A DNA stretch of 64,000 nt from an uncultured virus (IMG/VR IMGVR_UViG_3300032323_004022) (IMGVR_UViG_3300032323_004022), one strand, 5' to 3'. Shown: positions 28,032 through 38,503, numbered from the stretch's first letter. The notes: a model not told the origin generated them from the sequence alone. Numbers and translations: made by a program.

Positions 28032-28980
28032 AATAATCTATATTACAGGTTGTTTGGGGTTCATAGGCAGGCACGTAACACAATTGCTTTTAGATCAGGG
28101 TTGGTATGTTTACGGAATTGATAATTGTACTTATGCGTCTGATTTCAATTACAAGAAAGTTTTTGATTCATATGAAAATTTCAAGTTTGAACGAAAAAAT
28201 ATTTGTGATATAGATAGACTTGTTGATTGTGATTTTTTCATAAATATTGCTGCTGAAACTCATGTTGATAATTCGATAAGAGATAGTAAAGTTTTTATCG
28301 ATTCAAATATCAATGGTGTTCATAACATATTGGAACTTCTTAAGATCTATAAAAAAGAAGGATATGTTGTTCCAAGATTTATTCATTTCAGTACAGATGA
28401 AGTTTATGGCGACATTTCTGAGGGAGAACATTTTGAGAGCGACCTTTTGAAGCCGAGTAATCCTTATTCAGCAACAAAAGCAGCAGCAGATCAATTGATC
28501 ATTGCTTGGTCAAGAACATACCAAATACCTTACAACATTATAAGACCCACTAACAATTATGGAGTTGGTCAATATGTAGAAAAATTAATTCCAAAAACTT
28601 GTAAATTTTTAGGATTAGGTAGAAAGATTCCACTGCACAATCAAGGTACTCCAGTTCGAAATTGGTTACACGCCAAGGATACTGCTAGAGCTGTTTTAGC
28701 AATTATTGAATCAGGTGTTGATAATGAAATTTACAATGTTGCTGGCGGTTTTGAACAATCAAATATTGATACCGTTAAGAAAATCATTGATGAATATTTT
28801 GGTAAAAATATATCAAATTATGAAGATTTTGTCAACTTTGGTGTAGAGCGACCTGGACAAGATGTACGGTATGCTTTGAATGATGAAAAAATTCGAGCAT
28901 TAGGATGGAATCCTAATTGTAATTTTGATGAAGAAATTATATCTATAGTAGATCATTATAAGAATAATTTTATATGGTAA
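28027..28980 (+). CDS. rmlB: dTDP-glucose 4,6-dehydratase
   Basis: TG..GFIG, AAETHVDNSI, STDEVYG, PSNPYSATKA, NNYG..Q..EKLIP, RPGQD.RY. Confidence 0.88.
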   Translation: MKIIYITGCLGFIGRHVTQLLLDQGWYVYGIDNCTYASDFNYKKVFDSYENFKFERKNICDIDRLVDCDFFINIAAETHVDNSIRDSKVFIDSNINGVHNILELLKIYKKEGYVVPRFIHFSTDEVYGDISEGEHFESDLLKPSNPYSATKAAADQLIIAWSRTYQIPYNIIRPTNNYGVGQYVEKLIPKTCKFLGLGRKIPLHNQGTPVRNWLHAKDTARAVLAIIESGVDNEIYNVAGGFEQSNIDTVKKIIDEYFGKNISNYEDFVNFGVERPGQDVRYALNDEKIRALGWNPNCNFDEEIISIVDHYKNNFIW

Positions 28981-28987
28981 ATATTAA

Positions 28988-30004
28988 ATGAAAGTAAATG
29001 ATTATATTGCTGAAAGACTGTATCAAGAAGGCATTAGATACGTTTTTGGAATTATGGGCGGGGGAGCTGCTGGTATAAATGATGGTTTTATCAGAAGTAA
29101 GATTGAATATATTTGTTTTCATCATGAGCAAGGTGCTTCAAATGCAGCTTTAGCATATAGCAAATCAAAAAATCAAATTTCAATTGTTAATCCTACAACT
29201 GGGTGTGGAGGTTTGAATTGTATTACTTCACTTGTTTCAGCTTTTCAAGATAGTGTGCCCTTATTATTCATATCTGGAAATTACAAACTTCATGAAACTT
29301 CTAGATATTTAAATAGAGTTAAAAATATAAGTCTGCGGAAATTTGGTTTGCAAGAACATGATGTCATAGAGCATGTCAAATATGCTACTAAATATTTTGA
29401 GTTTGTAGAAGACAAAAATGACATTCCCATGATTCTTGAAAAAGCTATTTATGAATGCACAAATGGTAGACCTGGACCCTGCTGGATAGATGTTCCATCT
29501 GACATACAGTTGCAAGAAATAGGTGATGAATTCTTGTATCCAAAGATTGATATAGAAGAAAATATTTTTGCTAAAAATTATATTAAAGAATTTAATAGTC
29601 TTTTAAAAAATAGCAATAGACCTTTAATCTTGTTGGGTTCAGGGGTAAATATTTCTAACTGTAAACAAGAAACAATTGATTTTATTATAAGCCACCAAAT
29701 TCCATCTGTCAGCACTTATTCTGCAAAAAATATTTTGCCTTTAGATCATAGATTAAGTATTGGTACTATTGGAATTAAAGGAAGTAGAGCTGGGAATTTT
29801 GCTTTACAAAATTGTGATTTATTAATTACTTTGGGTTGTTCTTTGAATTCTACTCATATTGGATACGACAAGAATTTATTCTCACCTAAATCTAAAAAAA
29901 TATTAGTAAATATTGATGAAAATGATTATTTGAAAAATAATGTCGATATTGATTTATTTATAAAACAAGACTTAAAAGGATTCTTAAATGACATCAAGGA
30001 CTGA
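28988..30004 (+). CDS. Acetolactate-synthase-like TPP enzyme (YerE-like), N-terminal half
   Basis: VFG..GG, HHEQ, TTG.GG.N, DSVP...ISG, GRPGP.W.D.P.D, GNF.LQNCD. Confidence 0.82.
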   Translation: MKVNDYIAERLYQEGIRYVFGIMGGGAAGINDGFIRSKIEYICFHHEQGASNAALAYSKSKNQISIVNPTTGCGGLNCITSLVSAFQDSVPLLFISGNYKLHETSRYLNRVKNISLRKFGLQEHDVIEHVKYATKYFEFVEDKNDIPMILEKAIYECTNGRPGPCWIDVPSDIQLQEIGDEFLYPKIDIEENIFAKNYIKEFNSLLKNSNRPLILLGSGVNISNCKQETIDFIISHQIPSVSTYSAKNILPLDHRLSIGTIGIKGSRAGNFALQNCDLLITLGCSLNSTHIGYDKNLFSPKSKKILVNIDENDYLKNNVDIDLFIKQDLKGFLNDIKD

Positions 30005-30743
30005 TTGGGTTGATAAGTGTAATTATTGGAAAGAAAAATGGCCTTTATATTCTGATGATTTTGTCAGTGATAATGGTGGAATAAATTTATATACAATAAT
30101 TGAGGCAATTAATAATTTTACAGATGAAAAAGATGTATTAATGACTGATGCTGGTACTGCTTATTATGCTTGTGGTCAGAATTTAAAATTAAAAAAAGAT
30201 CAGCTTTTTATTTATCCAGCTGCTCAAGCTGATATGGGATTTTGTTTACCAGCTTGTGTAGGAGCTCAATTAGCAAATCCTTATCATAATATAATTGCAA
30301 TCATTGGAGATGGAAGTTTTCAAACAAATATTCAAGAACTAGCATCAATAAAAGCAATAAATTCTAATTCAAAAATTGTAGTTTTGAATAATGAGGGATA
30401 TCTGAGTATTAGGAACACTCAGAGCAAATTTTTCAATGGTAATGTTTATGGTGAATCTATAACTACTGGATTATGGTTTCCTGATTTAAAAAAAATTGCT
30501 ACTGCTTATGAATTTGAGTATTTTGAAATTAAAAATAATGAAGAACTGATGGATATTTTTGAAAAAGAAATTCACAGCGACAAACCAACTATTTTTGACA
30601 TCAAGTGCAAATATAACCAAGAAGTGGTTCCTACAACAGCTCTTAAGATAGATCAAAACACAGGCAATAAAATTCAATGTGGCTTGGATGATATGTATCC
30701 TTTTATGAGTGAAGAAGAATATTCAAAAGAGATGTTGAAATGA
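29988..30743 (+). CDS. Acetolactate-synthase-like TPP enzyme, C-terminal TPP-binding half
   Basis: DAG, MGF.LPA..GA, GDGSFQ.NIQEL...NN.GY..I; has its own AAGGA RBS. Confidence 0.82.
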   Translation: MTSRTDWVDKCNYWKEKWPLYSDDFVSDNGGINLYTIIEAINNFTDEKDVLMTDAGTAYYACGQNLKLKKDQLFIYPAAQADMGFCLPACVGAQLANPYHNIIAIIGDGSFQTNIQELASIKAINSNSKIVVLNNEGYLSIRNTQSKFFNGNVYGESITTGLWFPDLKKIATAYEFEYFEIKNNEELMDIFEKEIHSDKPTIFDIKCKYNQEVVPTTALKIDQNTGNKIQCGLDDMYPFMSEEEYSKEMLK

Positions 30744-31555
30744 AAGTTTTGGTTACTGGATCTAATGGATTTTTAGGAAAAAATATCATTAGTAAATTGA
30801 AAGAATATGAAATAACTTTTATATCAAGAAAAGATTTTGATTTATGCAATACCAAAGAAACTGATAATTTTTTCAAAAACAAAAAATTTGATGTTGTAAT
30901 TCACTGTGCAATAAACGGTGGAAACAGACTAGAGGCTGACAGTATTAAATGCTTACATGAAAATATTGTTATGGCTATGAATTTACAAAAAAACAAATCA
31001 AGTTTTAATAAATTAATTCATTTTGGCTCAGGTGCAGAACTTAATTCAAATTTTGATTCTAATGGTTGTATGGGTGATATATATAACAGAGTACCATCTG
31101 ATTTTTATGGATTAAGCAAAAATATCATTGCAAGAATGTTTGATCAAGAGCCAAATTTTTATAATTTGAGAATTTATAATGTTTTTGCAGAAAATGAATC
31201 ATCAAGAAGAATGATAAAATCAAATATTATTAATTATATTGAAGATAAGTCAATCATTATTCATCAAGATAAATTTATGGACTTTTTTTACATAGATGAT
31301 TTAATTTCTATAATTAAGCTCTACATTGATGGTAAATGTTCAATCAAAGAAATTAATTGTGTTTATAAAAACAAAGTTTCTCTTAGTCAAATAGCATTAA
31401 AAATTAATTATTTATCAGATTACAAAGTACCAATAGTTATAAATTCAAAGCCAAGAGGTAATGATTATATAGGTTGTTATAATAGTTATTTTGATCAAAT
31501 GGATTTTGTGGGATTAGAAACTGGTATAAGGAAAGTGTACGACAGCTTATCATGA
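30740..31555 (+). CDS. NAD-dependent epimerase/reductase (SDR)
   Basis: VLVTGSNGFLG, GSGAE, YGLSK. Confidence 0.8.
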   Translation: MKVLVTGSNGFLGKNIISKLKEYEITFISRKDFDLCNTKETDNFFKNKKFDVVIHCAINGGNRLEADSIKCLHENIVMAMNLQKNKSSFNKLIHFGSGAELNSNFDSNGCMGDIYNRVPSDFYGLSKNIIARMFDQEPNFYNLRIYNVFAENESSRRMIKSNIINYIEDKSIIIHQDKFMDFFYIDDLISIIKLYIDGKCSIKEINCVYKNKVSLSQIALKINYLSDYKVPIVINSKPRGNDYIGCYNSYFDQMDFVGLETGIRKVYDSLS

Positions 31556-32352
31556 AAAATTTACTTATTAATTATTTGTCTGGAGATAAAATTTTTGAGT
31601 CAACAGATTTAAATATTTATTTTGAATCATTGAAAAAAATAAATAATGCAGACAAATTAGTTGTTGCGAATAATATATCTGATAAGAATATTAAGCTCTT
31701 GGAAAAGAAATATGACAAAATTATTTTTAAAGATGCTCCATTTTACTATTCCTATTATATGTATTTTGATATTTTGTGTGAACATGCTCAAGATTATGAT
31801 TATGCCCTTTACATTGACACTAGAGATGTAATAATTCAAAAAAATCCATTTGACTATTTTATTTCTAAGCCAGAAAAAGATTTATTTCTTGTTTGTGAAG
31901 GAATGAAGGCGGTAGAAAATGAGTGTAATTTATACTGGCATCAATTACTCTCATCCACTCAAATTTTTCCAAATAAAGATGGAGAAAACAATTTGGTAAT
32001 TAATGGAGGAACTATAGGCGGTAGAGTTCCTGATTACATGAATATGCTTTTGTTTGCTATGACAAACAGCAACAGAAAATCAGAGGGAATAATTACTGAT
32101 CAATCCATTTACACTTCACTTTATCCTTATTTGAAAAAAATGAAGAATGTTGAACTTTGTCATCCATATCAAGACACTTTTTGTTGTACCGGGGAAGCTA
32201 TAAAGAGAAACAACATTGACGTTTTTTATGATGGAGAAAATGTTTGCAATGAAAAGGGTGAACCATACTATCTTTTTCATCAATGGGATAGAACAGAATT
32301 AGCTCAAAATATAAGAGATAAAGAAAATAAAACCTTAAGATTTAGTTTATAA
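31552..32352 (+). CDS. Putative glycosyltransferase (GT-A like)
   Basis: D.RDVI.Q.NPF, INGG.IGG, DQ, HQWDR. Confidence 0.6.
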   Translation: MKNLLINYLSGDKIFESTDLNIYFESLKKINNADKLVVANNISDKNIKLLEKKYDKIIFKDAPFYYSYYMYFDILCEHAQDYDYALYIDTRDVIIQKNPFDYFISKPEKDLFLVCEGMKAVENECNLYWHQLLSSTQIFPNKDGENNLVINGGTIGGRVPDYMNMLLFAMTNSNRKSEGIITDQSIYTSLYPYLKKMKNVELCHPYQDTFCCTGEAIKRNNIDVFYDGENVCNEKGEPYYLFHQWDRTELAQNIRDKENKTLRFSL

Positions 32353-32934
32353 GTCTTTTTCAACTTCAAAGTTTTTTAGATCAACAGCATTTTCAGATTT
32401 AACTTCATTTTTCGTTGCTAGTATAAGTTGAATTGTTTCAAATTCTTTCATTGAAATATTTGAAAATTCATCTTTGCTCATAGATACCAGCCCTCTTATC
32501 ATGTAATCAATTTCTACTAGTAAAGGGGGTACTGGAAATGTTTCAGTATGATTAGGATTGAAATACTTTTTAGCTGAAACGTAATAAAAATTTGCTTCAT
32601 CTGCACTTAAATAAAGATATTTTTGAAATTCTAACCAAAGCTTTTCAATTGTAACATGATCTATTTTATTAAGTAATGAAGATTCAAATTCTGAAATAAA
32701 GTCAACATTATTTTTAGTGTCATACGCTCTTAAAATAGATAATTTTAAGATTTCTCTTTTTTCAAATTCTGAATTTTGATAAATAATATTATCTTTTTTT
32801 CTAAAAGACTTTGCATCAATCAAAAGCCCTTCTTTCCATGTAATTTCTCGAACAATAAATTTAGTAGTATCAATATCGATAATATGAACTTTATCGTTTT
32901 TTATTTTTTCGTAGTATTCTATAAAATCTTTCAT
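32347..32934 (-). CDS. Hypothetical protein, possible tail assembly chaperone
   Basis: 195 aa; FIVREITW; last gene of the - strand tail operon, following a tube-like gene. Confidence 0.4.
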   Translation of the reverse strand: MKDFIEYYEKIKNDKVHIIDIDTTKFIVREITWKEGLLIDAKSFRKKDNIIYQNSEFEKREILKLSILRAYDTKNNVDFISEFESSLLNKIDHVTIEKLWLEFQKYLYLSADEANFYYVSAKKYFNPNHTETFPVPPLLVEIDYMIRGLVSMSKDEFSNISMKEFETIQLILATKNEVKSENAVDLKNFEVEKDL

Positions 32935-34175
32935 AATAATGTAAATTCTGAAATCCTTGCATTACCAAGTCCTGAAAAATATGTTTCTTCAGTCATTCTT
33001 GCTGCAAAGCTGTACTCTTGGATATAACCTCCACCTGGAGACACAGTTATGACTGGTTGTTGCCAATCAACATTCTTCATTGAGTAAAAATAATAACTTC
33101 CAAAAAACATAGTTAAAGAAGACGCATTTGTATTTACAAAATTACTATTTGTAGGATTGAAAATTTTTATTGATCCAACAACTCTTCTGGTACCTAACGT
33201 TGCAAATCTAGGGCCAACAATATCACCAAATTCTTCTGTACGACTCAAGTAAGAAAATCCAGGATAAGTAAATATGAAATTAACATCTTGCGAAACTGAT
33301 AAAGACATACCTACTATTTTATGAGTAGGCATTTTATTACTTGAGTACGCAGATCTTACAGTTCTCGCAAAATCTTCAAAAGCACTATCACCAGAATGAT
33401 GAGTCAAGGAAAATAAACAGTCACTTAAATTAACAGGTCTGTATTTATCGCCAAAATTGTTAAAAGATTCTTGATTAAATATTTCAATAGATGGATCTAT
33501 AGTTGCTAAATTTATGATACTTCCATCAGTGTAAGGCTTGAATGGAGGTATATTGTCTGGAGAAATTAAAACTCTTCCTCCAGTTATACTGCAACTTATT
33601 TCAACATCTCCCAAATCATTTGTACCATCAACGCCTATATTAAATGAATTTATAAATGCTGGGCCATATGATTTATGTGTAGGAATAGATGAACAAACCA
33701 TAATAGGTAATAAGGGCTCATAGGAAGCTCTATATATTACATTTTCACCAGCATTATGAATATTTCTTCTAGTTACAGATAGCAATGGGCTAAATGTAAA
33801 ATTTCCGCTATATACATATCCAGAATATTTTGGATGATTTAGTAAAGATAATCCAGAAAAATTGGGCAAAGGCTCGTAAATATTTTGACCACCGTTATCA
33901 CTAAAAGTACTACAGAAAAGTGGGAAATATTTTGATGAACTAAATCTTTTTGTGTAATAATCCTTGTAAGGTGGGTTCTTTGTAATTCTATCTAATTGCT
34001 TATAACCTAAAGCATACAAATCCCAAGAGTATGATTGAGTTGGGCTTGTTTTAGAAACTCGATAACCACCACGAAATTTTGTTTGCAATTCGTAAAAAGT
34101 ATCAAGCTGGGTGATATAAATACTATGCCCTGATGATGGTATATTATTTATAACATTATTTAAAATTCTTGGCAT
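32931..34175 (-). CDS. Putative tail tube-like / tail structural protein
   Basis: Beta-rich; GTRRVVGSI segment parallels EGRKISGSI in 34568-36040. Confidence 0.4.
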   Translation of the reverse strand: MPRILNNVINNIPSSGHSIYITQLDTFYELQTKFRGGYRVSKTSPTQSYSWDLYALGYKQLDRITKNPPYKDYYTKRFSSSKYFPLFCSTFSDNGGQNIYEPLPNFSGLSLLNHPKYSGYVYSGNFTFSPLLSVTRRNIHNAGENVIYRASYEPLLPIMVCSSIPTHKSYGPAFINSFNIGVDGTNDLGDVEISCSITGGRVLISPDNIPPFKPYTDGSIINLATIDPSIEIFNQESFNNFGDKYRPVNLSDCLFSLTHHSGDSAFEDFARTVRSAYSSNKMPTHKIVGMSLSVSQDVNFIFTYPGFSYLSRTEEFGDIVGPRFATLGTRRVVGSIKIFNPTNSNFVNTNASSLTMFFGSYYFYSMKNVDWQQPVITVSPGGGYIQEYSFAARMTEETYFSGLGNARISEFTLL

Positions 34176-34568
34176 TTATTTTCCGCTGGTCATTTCTAAC
34201 CATTTTTTTGATAATGCTTTTACCAATTCATATCTCATATGTGAAACACTATGTATATCAGGGTAATAAACCTGAACTTCTTCTTCATCAATATCTTTGA
34301 TTCTTATCGAAGAAAAGAAATTTGATACAATTAATTTGCACAAAACTGAAGTTCTTAATAATGGATTACCTGTTACAGAATTGATAATTGTAGCTTCTTC
34401 TATAATATTAGACATATCTTCAAAATTTCTTCCTTTAACATCACAAGAAATTTCAGACTTTCCATTAGGGTCAATCTTAAAGCAAATTACATCTCCATCA
34501 TCATTTTTGATGATATTGCAATTTATTTTTAATTCAAATCTTTTTCCAGCATCTACAAAAATACTCAT
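34176..34568 (-). CDS. Hypothetical protein (possible chaperone)
   Basis: About 130 aa; ATG 34568 forms a TGATG overlap with the upstream stop. Confidence 0.5.
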   Translation of the reverse strand: MSIFVDAGKRFELKINCNIIKNDDGDVICFKIDPNGKSEISCDVKGRNFEDMSNIIEEATIINSVTGNPLLRTSVLCKLIVSNFFSSIRIKDIDEEEVQVYYPDIHSVSHMRYELVKALSKKWLEMTSGK

Positions 34569-36040
34569 CAATAACTTCCTGTTGGTTTTAATACTGGGTC
34601 AAATGTATAATTTTGAGTTGCTACTGAAAAATTGACTTTATTCTTTTGATATTCAATTCTAGAATGTTCTTGAGAAACTGTTGACCAAACAACTTCAGGC
34701 AATTCTAATTTAATTGGACCCATATCAAAAGTTATACCATCATTATTTATGCTACTCGGACCAGACAGAAATTCAACCATTGCCCAAGGTTTTACAGGAC
34801 CAGTGTAAGTAATTGATCCCGAAATTTTACGCCCCTCGGAATAATATCCATAAGGCAAAGAATTCTTGAAGAAATTTTGTTTAGGATCGCTTCCTTTTGA
34901 ATTTAATGTAAATATTGGTTTCAAATTATTCTCAATACTTATATCCATTTCAGTGACATAAATGCTATCTAATTTGGATTGTTGAAATCCTCTGAATAAT
35001 TTAGAATCAATCATTGTGCCTAACCCAAATAATCCATATTCTGGGGCACTTTTATATACTCTAACATTAAATCCATTAAGTATGTAGCTTGGCTTTTTCT
35101 TAAAATAGTTCTCTACTATCGATGTAAAATTATTGTACATTTGAACCTGATAAGTTCTGTCAACATTTAATACTTTTAAATCAATGTAGGCTGTAATTTG
35201 TTCACCAGGCTTGAAATTTATTGCAAACTTTTCTACAAGACATCCACTTAATAACCCTTGTTTCAATGTAAATAAAGAAAATGATGCTTCTCTTCCAGTT
35301 GATTGTGGGTAGGATGAAATGAAAGAAGTATCCCTGTTAAAACCAACATTTACTCCAGCTGCAACAGTAAGTAATCTGTTTGCTTTATCTATTGATGTGA
35401 CTTCTACTAAATCATAATCTGTGTTGGTATCAGACTTTATTTTTGCATTAAAAGGCAAATCTAAACTCATGAATTCAGCAATATTATCTATATAAAGTTG
35501 AGTTGTTCCAGCTGTAACAGTTGTAGCATTATCTGTTGTAAATCTGCCTATAAATGATGTTGGCGAACCTTTAAAAGCTTCTATACAATAATCAAAAAAA
35601 GCGGCTAATGAAAAATCTAAATATCCCCAACTGTCTACTTTAAATGGGTACGTAAAACTTACATTGTATTCTTTTGGGCCTAATTGAAATGTATTAGGAT
35701 TTGCCCCTTCACCAGCAAATCGTTGACCAGCATCTGATTCCTGCGCCCCTTGTATATTGAAATTATCAATCGAAAAAAGATAATTAGTATTTATGTTATT
35801 AAAAGATAAATTAAAATCAGGGTCTTCAGAATATTCTCTTGATAAAGCAAAAATATCATAATAGCCTGTTTCAAAAGCTGGAGCATAAAGATGTGTGCTA
35901 AAATTATTATAAGCTTCTTTATATAAGTATTGAGATGGCGAAAATTCAGAGCTACCTATACTAGGAACTACTATTGTTTGATCTACACCAAAGGCTTGAA
36001 TGTCTTTTTCAAAAGAGCTTGCACGATTACTTTTTCTCAT
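34568..36040 (-). CDS. Putative major tail (tube) protein
   Basis: GCLVEKFAINF.PG, MDISIENNL, GRKISGSIT, LELPEV resemble phage tail-tube motifs; downstream of neck genes. Confidence 0.55.
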   Translation of the reverse strand: MRKSNRASSFEKDIQAFGVDQTIVVPSIGSSEFSPSQYLYKEAYNNFSTHLYAPAFETGYYDIFALSREYSEDPDFNLSFNNINTNYLFSIDNFNIQGAQESDAGQRFAGEGANPNTFQLGPKEYNVSFTYPFKVDSWGYLDFSLAAFFDYCIEAFKGSPTSFIGRFTTDNATTVTAGTTQLYIDNIAEFMSLDLPFNAKIKSDTNTDYDLVEVTSIDKANRLLTVAAGVNVGFNRDTSFISSYPQSTGREASFSLFTLKQGLLSGCLVEKFAINFKPGEQITAYIDLKVLNVDRTYQVQMYNNFTSIVENYFKKKPSYILNGFNVRVYKSAPEYGLFGLGTMIDSKLFRGFQQSKLDSIYVTEMDISIENNLKPIFTLNSKGSDPKQNFFKNSLPYGYYSEGRKISGSITYTGPVKPWAMVEFLSGPSSINNDGITFDMGPIKLELPEVVWSTVSQEHSRIEYQKNKVNFSVATQNYTFDPVLKPTGSY

Positions 36041-36048
36041 ATAAAAAC

Positions 36049-38502
36049 CTATGGTGTAGTTTCAACAGTGATAAGATCGTAAATATCCCATAAAATTGGG
36101 CCATTATTTATTCTTGTTAGGTTAGTTCCAGGTGTAACAGATACATCTAAAACCCTATCAAATACTTGTAATTCATTGCCTAGAGAGAATCTTTGATTTC
36201 TACTTGAACCTTTAGGCACAGTTGTTGTCAGTGTGGTAGGCTCACCATTCTCACCATTTTGTGCAATAACAGTTACAACTAAATCATTCTTAATTGTTTG
36301 ATCATTGGTAGTTGCTATACCAGTAGTAGATCCATTGAAAATGATATTTGATGTAGATAAATCATCTACATATGGAACATAAACCGAAAGTTGTCTCGGT
36401 TGTAATGAAATTCTATTAGTAAGTTTAACGCCTCTTTTTAAAATTTCCCCTGAAATGTTTCCATCATCAAGATAGCCTCTAAATTTGTAATAAGCTGTTC
36501 CACCTGTACCTGTCCATGAAGCTCCACTATTGATTGATGTAAGCGCTTGACCAGAACTTCCAGAGATAATTCTTGTATACAGACTTGTTGCTCCTAACCC
36601 AGTGTTAAAATCTGATGGCTTATTGATAACTAGCCAATAGCTTGAACTGGCAATAAGATTTGCTCCTGTGTTAAACTTGACTGTATATTCATTTGTGCCT
36701 TGAAGGATATCAGAATATCTTAAGTTTGCTTCGCTTGTAATCATACCATTCGGAGTTGGTGTAGATCCTGTTGCAGAGTAAATTGATATTGATAAACCAG
36801 AAGTTCCACTTCCTGTGAGCTGTCCACCAGCACTGAAAATAAATTTCAAGCTGACTCCACCAACAAAACAATTTTCTAATGGCGTGATTTTAAAAGCTGT
36901 AAGCCCATTACTTAATGATAAATTTGTATTATCATCTACTGAAACTATAGTATTGTAAGGTGGATATTGTATTTCATTTACATTTGTTAATTTTCTTTCC
37001 ACCATATCATTACTTAACTGTGGTTTTTTATAAATATGATAGAATAAAGAATTAGTTATCCCTGCTCCAGTCCAATTAAGTTCAGCTAGATAATTACTAC
37101 TAGTGTAGTTTGATGAAATTATATTTCCATAAACTGGTATGCTTTCAACATACTCGTCAGTAGAAATATTATAGACTATTGTAGTGCCGTAAATTTGTGT
37201 TCCAGAAAACAATGATGAAACATAATTTGAACAAGGTATAGCATTTACAGTAAAACCTGTGGCTGCTGCACTATTGTTACTTCCAACCGCAGCATTGTAT
37301 GTAATCAAATCTCCACGAAAAATTGCAAAAGTATGTTGAGTATCAGTTCCTAATGTTTCGAAATATGATTTTGAAAAATTATAAGGAAACTCAAATCTCT
37401 CTAAACCACTGAAAGATAGTCCTTTTGAATAAAATTCAGTCTTTCTGAAAGGTTGTGTTGATAATATTTCCCTTTGTGAAATTCCACTTGCATCAGCTAA
37501 AGTTTCTAAATATCTGTAAACTGATGTTACGGTATTTTTAATATATTCATTGTTTTTATAATTTGTTAGCGTATTATTTGTATCTAAACAATTTTGAACA
37601 ATAAAGCTAGAGTCAGTAGAATCGCCAAATATTTTGTAAGTTGATATATCTGTTGGCATATCAATTACAGTTCTTGAAAGACCAGTTCCTGAATTTACAA
37701 CTACAGGATTCTCTGGATTTTTGACCATTACTTTTCCAATAGGAATCCAACTTTGTGGTAATGGCGGAAAATATTGAAAGTCTGACACATTTTCGCTTAA
37801 TTCATAAACAGGAAAGCCAGTAATATATTTCACTCTAGGCTGAAAAAGAAAATTGACAGGATTATCCAAATAGTAAGTAGCAGGTAATGTACCAAAACTT
37901 GAACCGTTATAATATGAAGGATCAACAACTAGACCCTCCCCATCGGATGAAACTCCAGAGAATGTAATCAAATAGTTTCCAACAAATGCTTGAATTGGAA
38001 AACCTAAATTTACTGCAATATTTACATCTTTGACATATAAAATATTTGTACCTGACAAGCAAGTAGTGCTTACTGTAGTTGCCCATGATTGAGAGGCTTT
38101 TTTTGCTTCTGATATAGGCATACCTAAAGTGATGCCATATTTATAGCTAGTTGAACCTAAGCCTGATAATGAATAATTTTTAGACCATTCTTTCTTGATA
38201 GGAATTTTTTGTGGCTGTAATTGAAAAACGGATCCATTATAAGCAAGTTGACCACTTCTAACTGTAACATAGTATGGATCAAAAGCTATGTCATAAGTTA
38301 CGTCAAACCCCAAAGGTGCTGTTTCTAAAACACCAAAATAAGGAAATCCAGTGTTAGCCATTGATAACAAATTATTTATTTCAAATATGGATGATCCTGG
38401 CGTGTCATTATCGCCGATGCCATAATAAAGTGCATCGTAAATATTTCCTATAGTTTTTGTAAGTTCAAGTAATATTTCTTCAACTTTAGATGAAATTGCC
38501 AT
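36049..38502 (-). CDS. Virion structural protein (beta-rich, S/T/G-rich)
   Basis: 817 aa; C-terminal beta-sandwich-like SIYS..G..P...L..SSSYWLVI...W. Confidence 0.5.
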   Translation of the reverse strand: MAISSKVEEILLELTKTIGNIYDALYYGIGDNDTPGSSIFEINNLLSMANTGFPYFGVLETAPLGFDVTYDIAFDPYYVTVRSGQLAYNGSVFQLQPQKIPIKKEWSKNYSLSGLGSTSYKYGITLGMPISEAKKASQSWATTVSTTCLSGTNILYVKDVNIAVNLGFPIQAFVGNYLITFSGVSSDGEGLVVDPSYYNGSSFGTLPATYYLDNPVNFLFQPRVKYITGFPVYELSENVSDFQYFPPLPQSWIPIGKVMVKNPENPVVVNSGTGLSRTVIDMPTDISTYKIFGDSTDSSFIVQNCLDTNNTLTNYKNNEYIKNTVTSVYRYLETLADASGISQREILSTQPFRKTEFYSKGLSFSGLERFEFPYNFSKSYFETLGTDTQHTFAIFRGDLITYNAAVGSNNSAAATGFTVNAIPCSNYVSSLFSGTQIYGTTIVYNISTDEYVESIPVYGNIISSNYTSSNYLAELNWTGAGITNSLFYHIYKKPQLSNDMVERKLTNVNEIQYPPYNTIVSVDDNTNLSLSNGLTAFKITPLENCFVGGVSLKFIFSAGGQLTGSGTSGLSISIYSATGSTPTPNGMITSEANLRYSDILQGTNEYTVKFNTGANLIASSSYWLVINKPSDFNTGLGATSLYTRIISGSSGQALTSINSGASWTGTGGTAYYKFRGYLDDGNISGEILKRGVKLTNRISLQPRQLSVYVPYVDDLSTSNIIFNGSTTGIATTNDQTIKNDLVVTVIAQNGENGEPTTLTTTVPKGSSRNQRFSLGNELQVFDRVLDVSVTPGTNLTRINNGPILWDIYDLITVETTP

Positions 38503-38503
38503 T

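Noticed and set aside
27991..28083. N-terminal extensions given by the ORF track (starts 28083, 17784, 7650, 11960, 48319, 34571)
   Set aside because: They overlap neighbouring genes or regulatory elements; downstream ATGs have better RBS, coupling or promoter context
15330..32352. Host O-antigen locus flanking a prophage
   Set aside because: No wzx/wzy/wzm/wzt or housekeeping genes; tightly abutted by phage genes on both sides; no integrase or att site seen
34196..34215. A-AAA-AAA slippery site as a G/GT-type tail chaperone frameshift
   Set aside because: The -1 frame reaches a stop within about 15 codons and the next gene is in the same frame, so no fusion results
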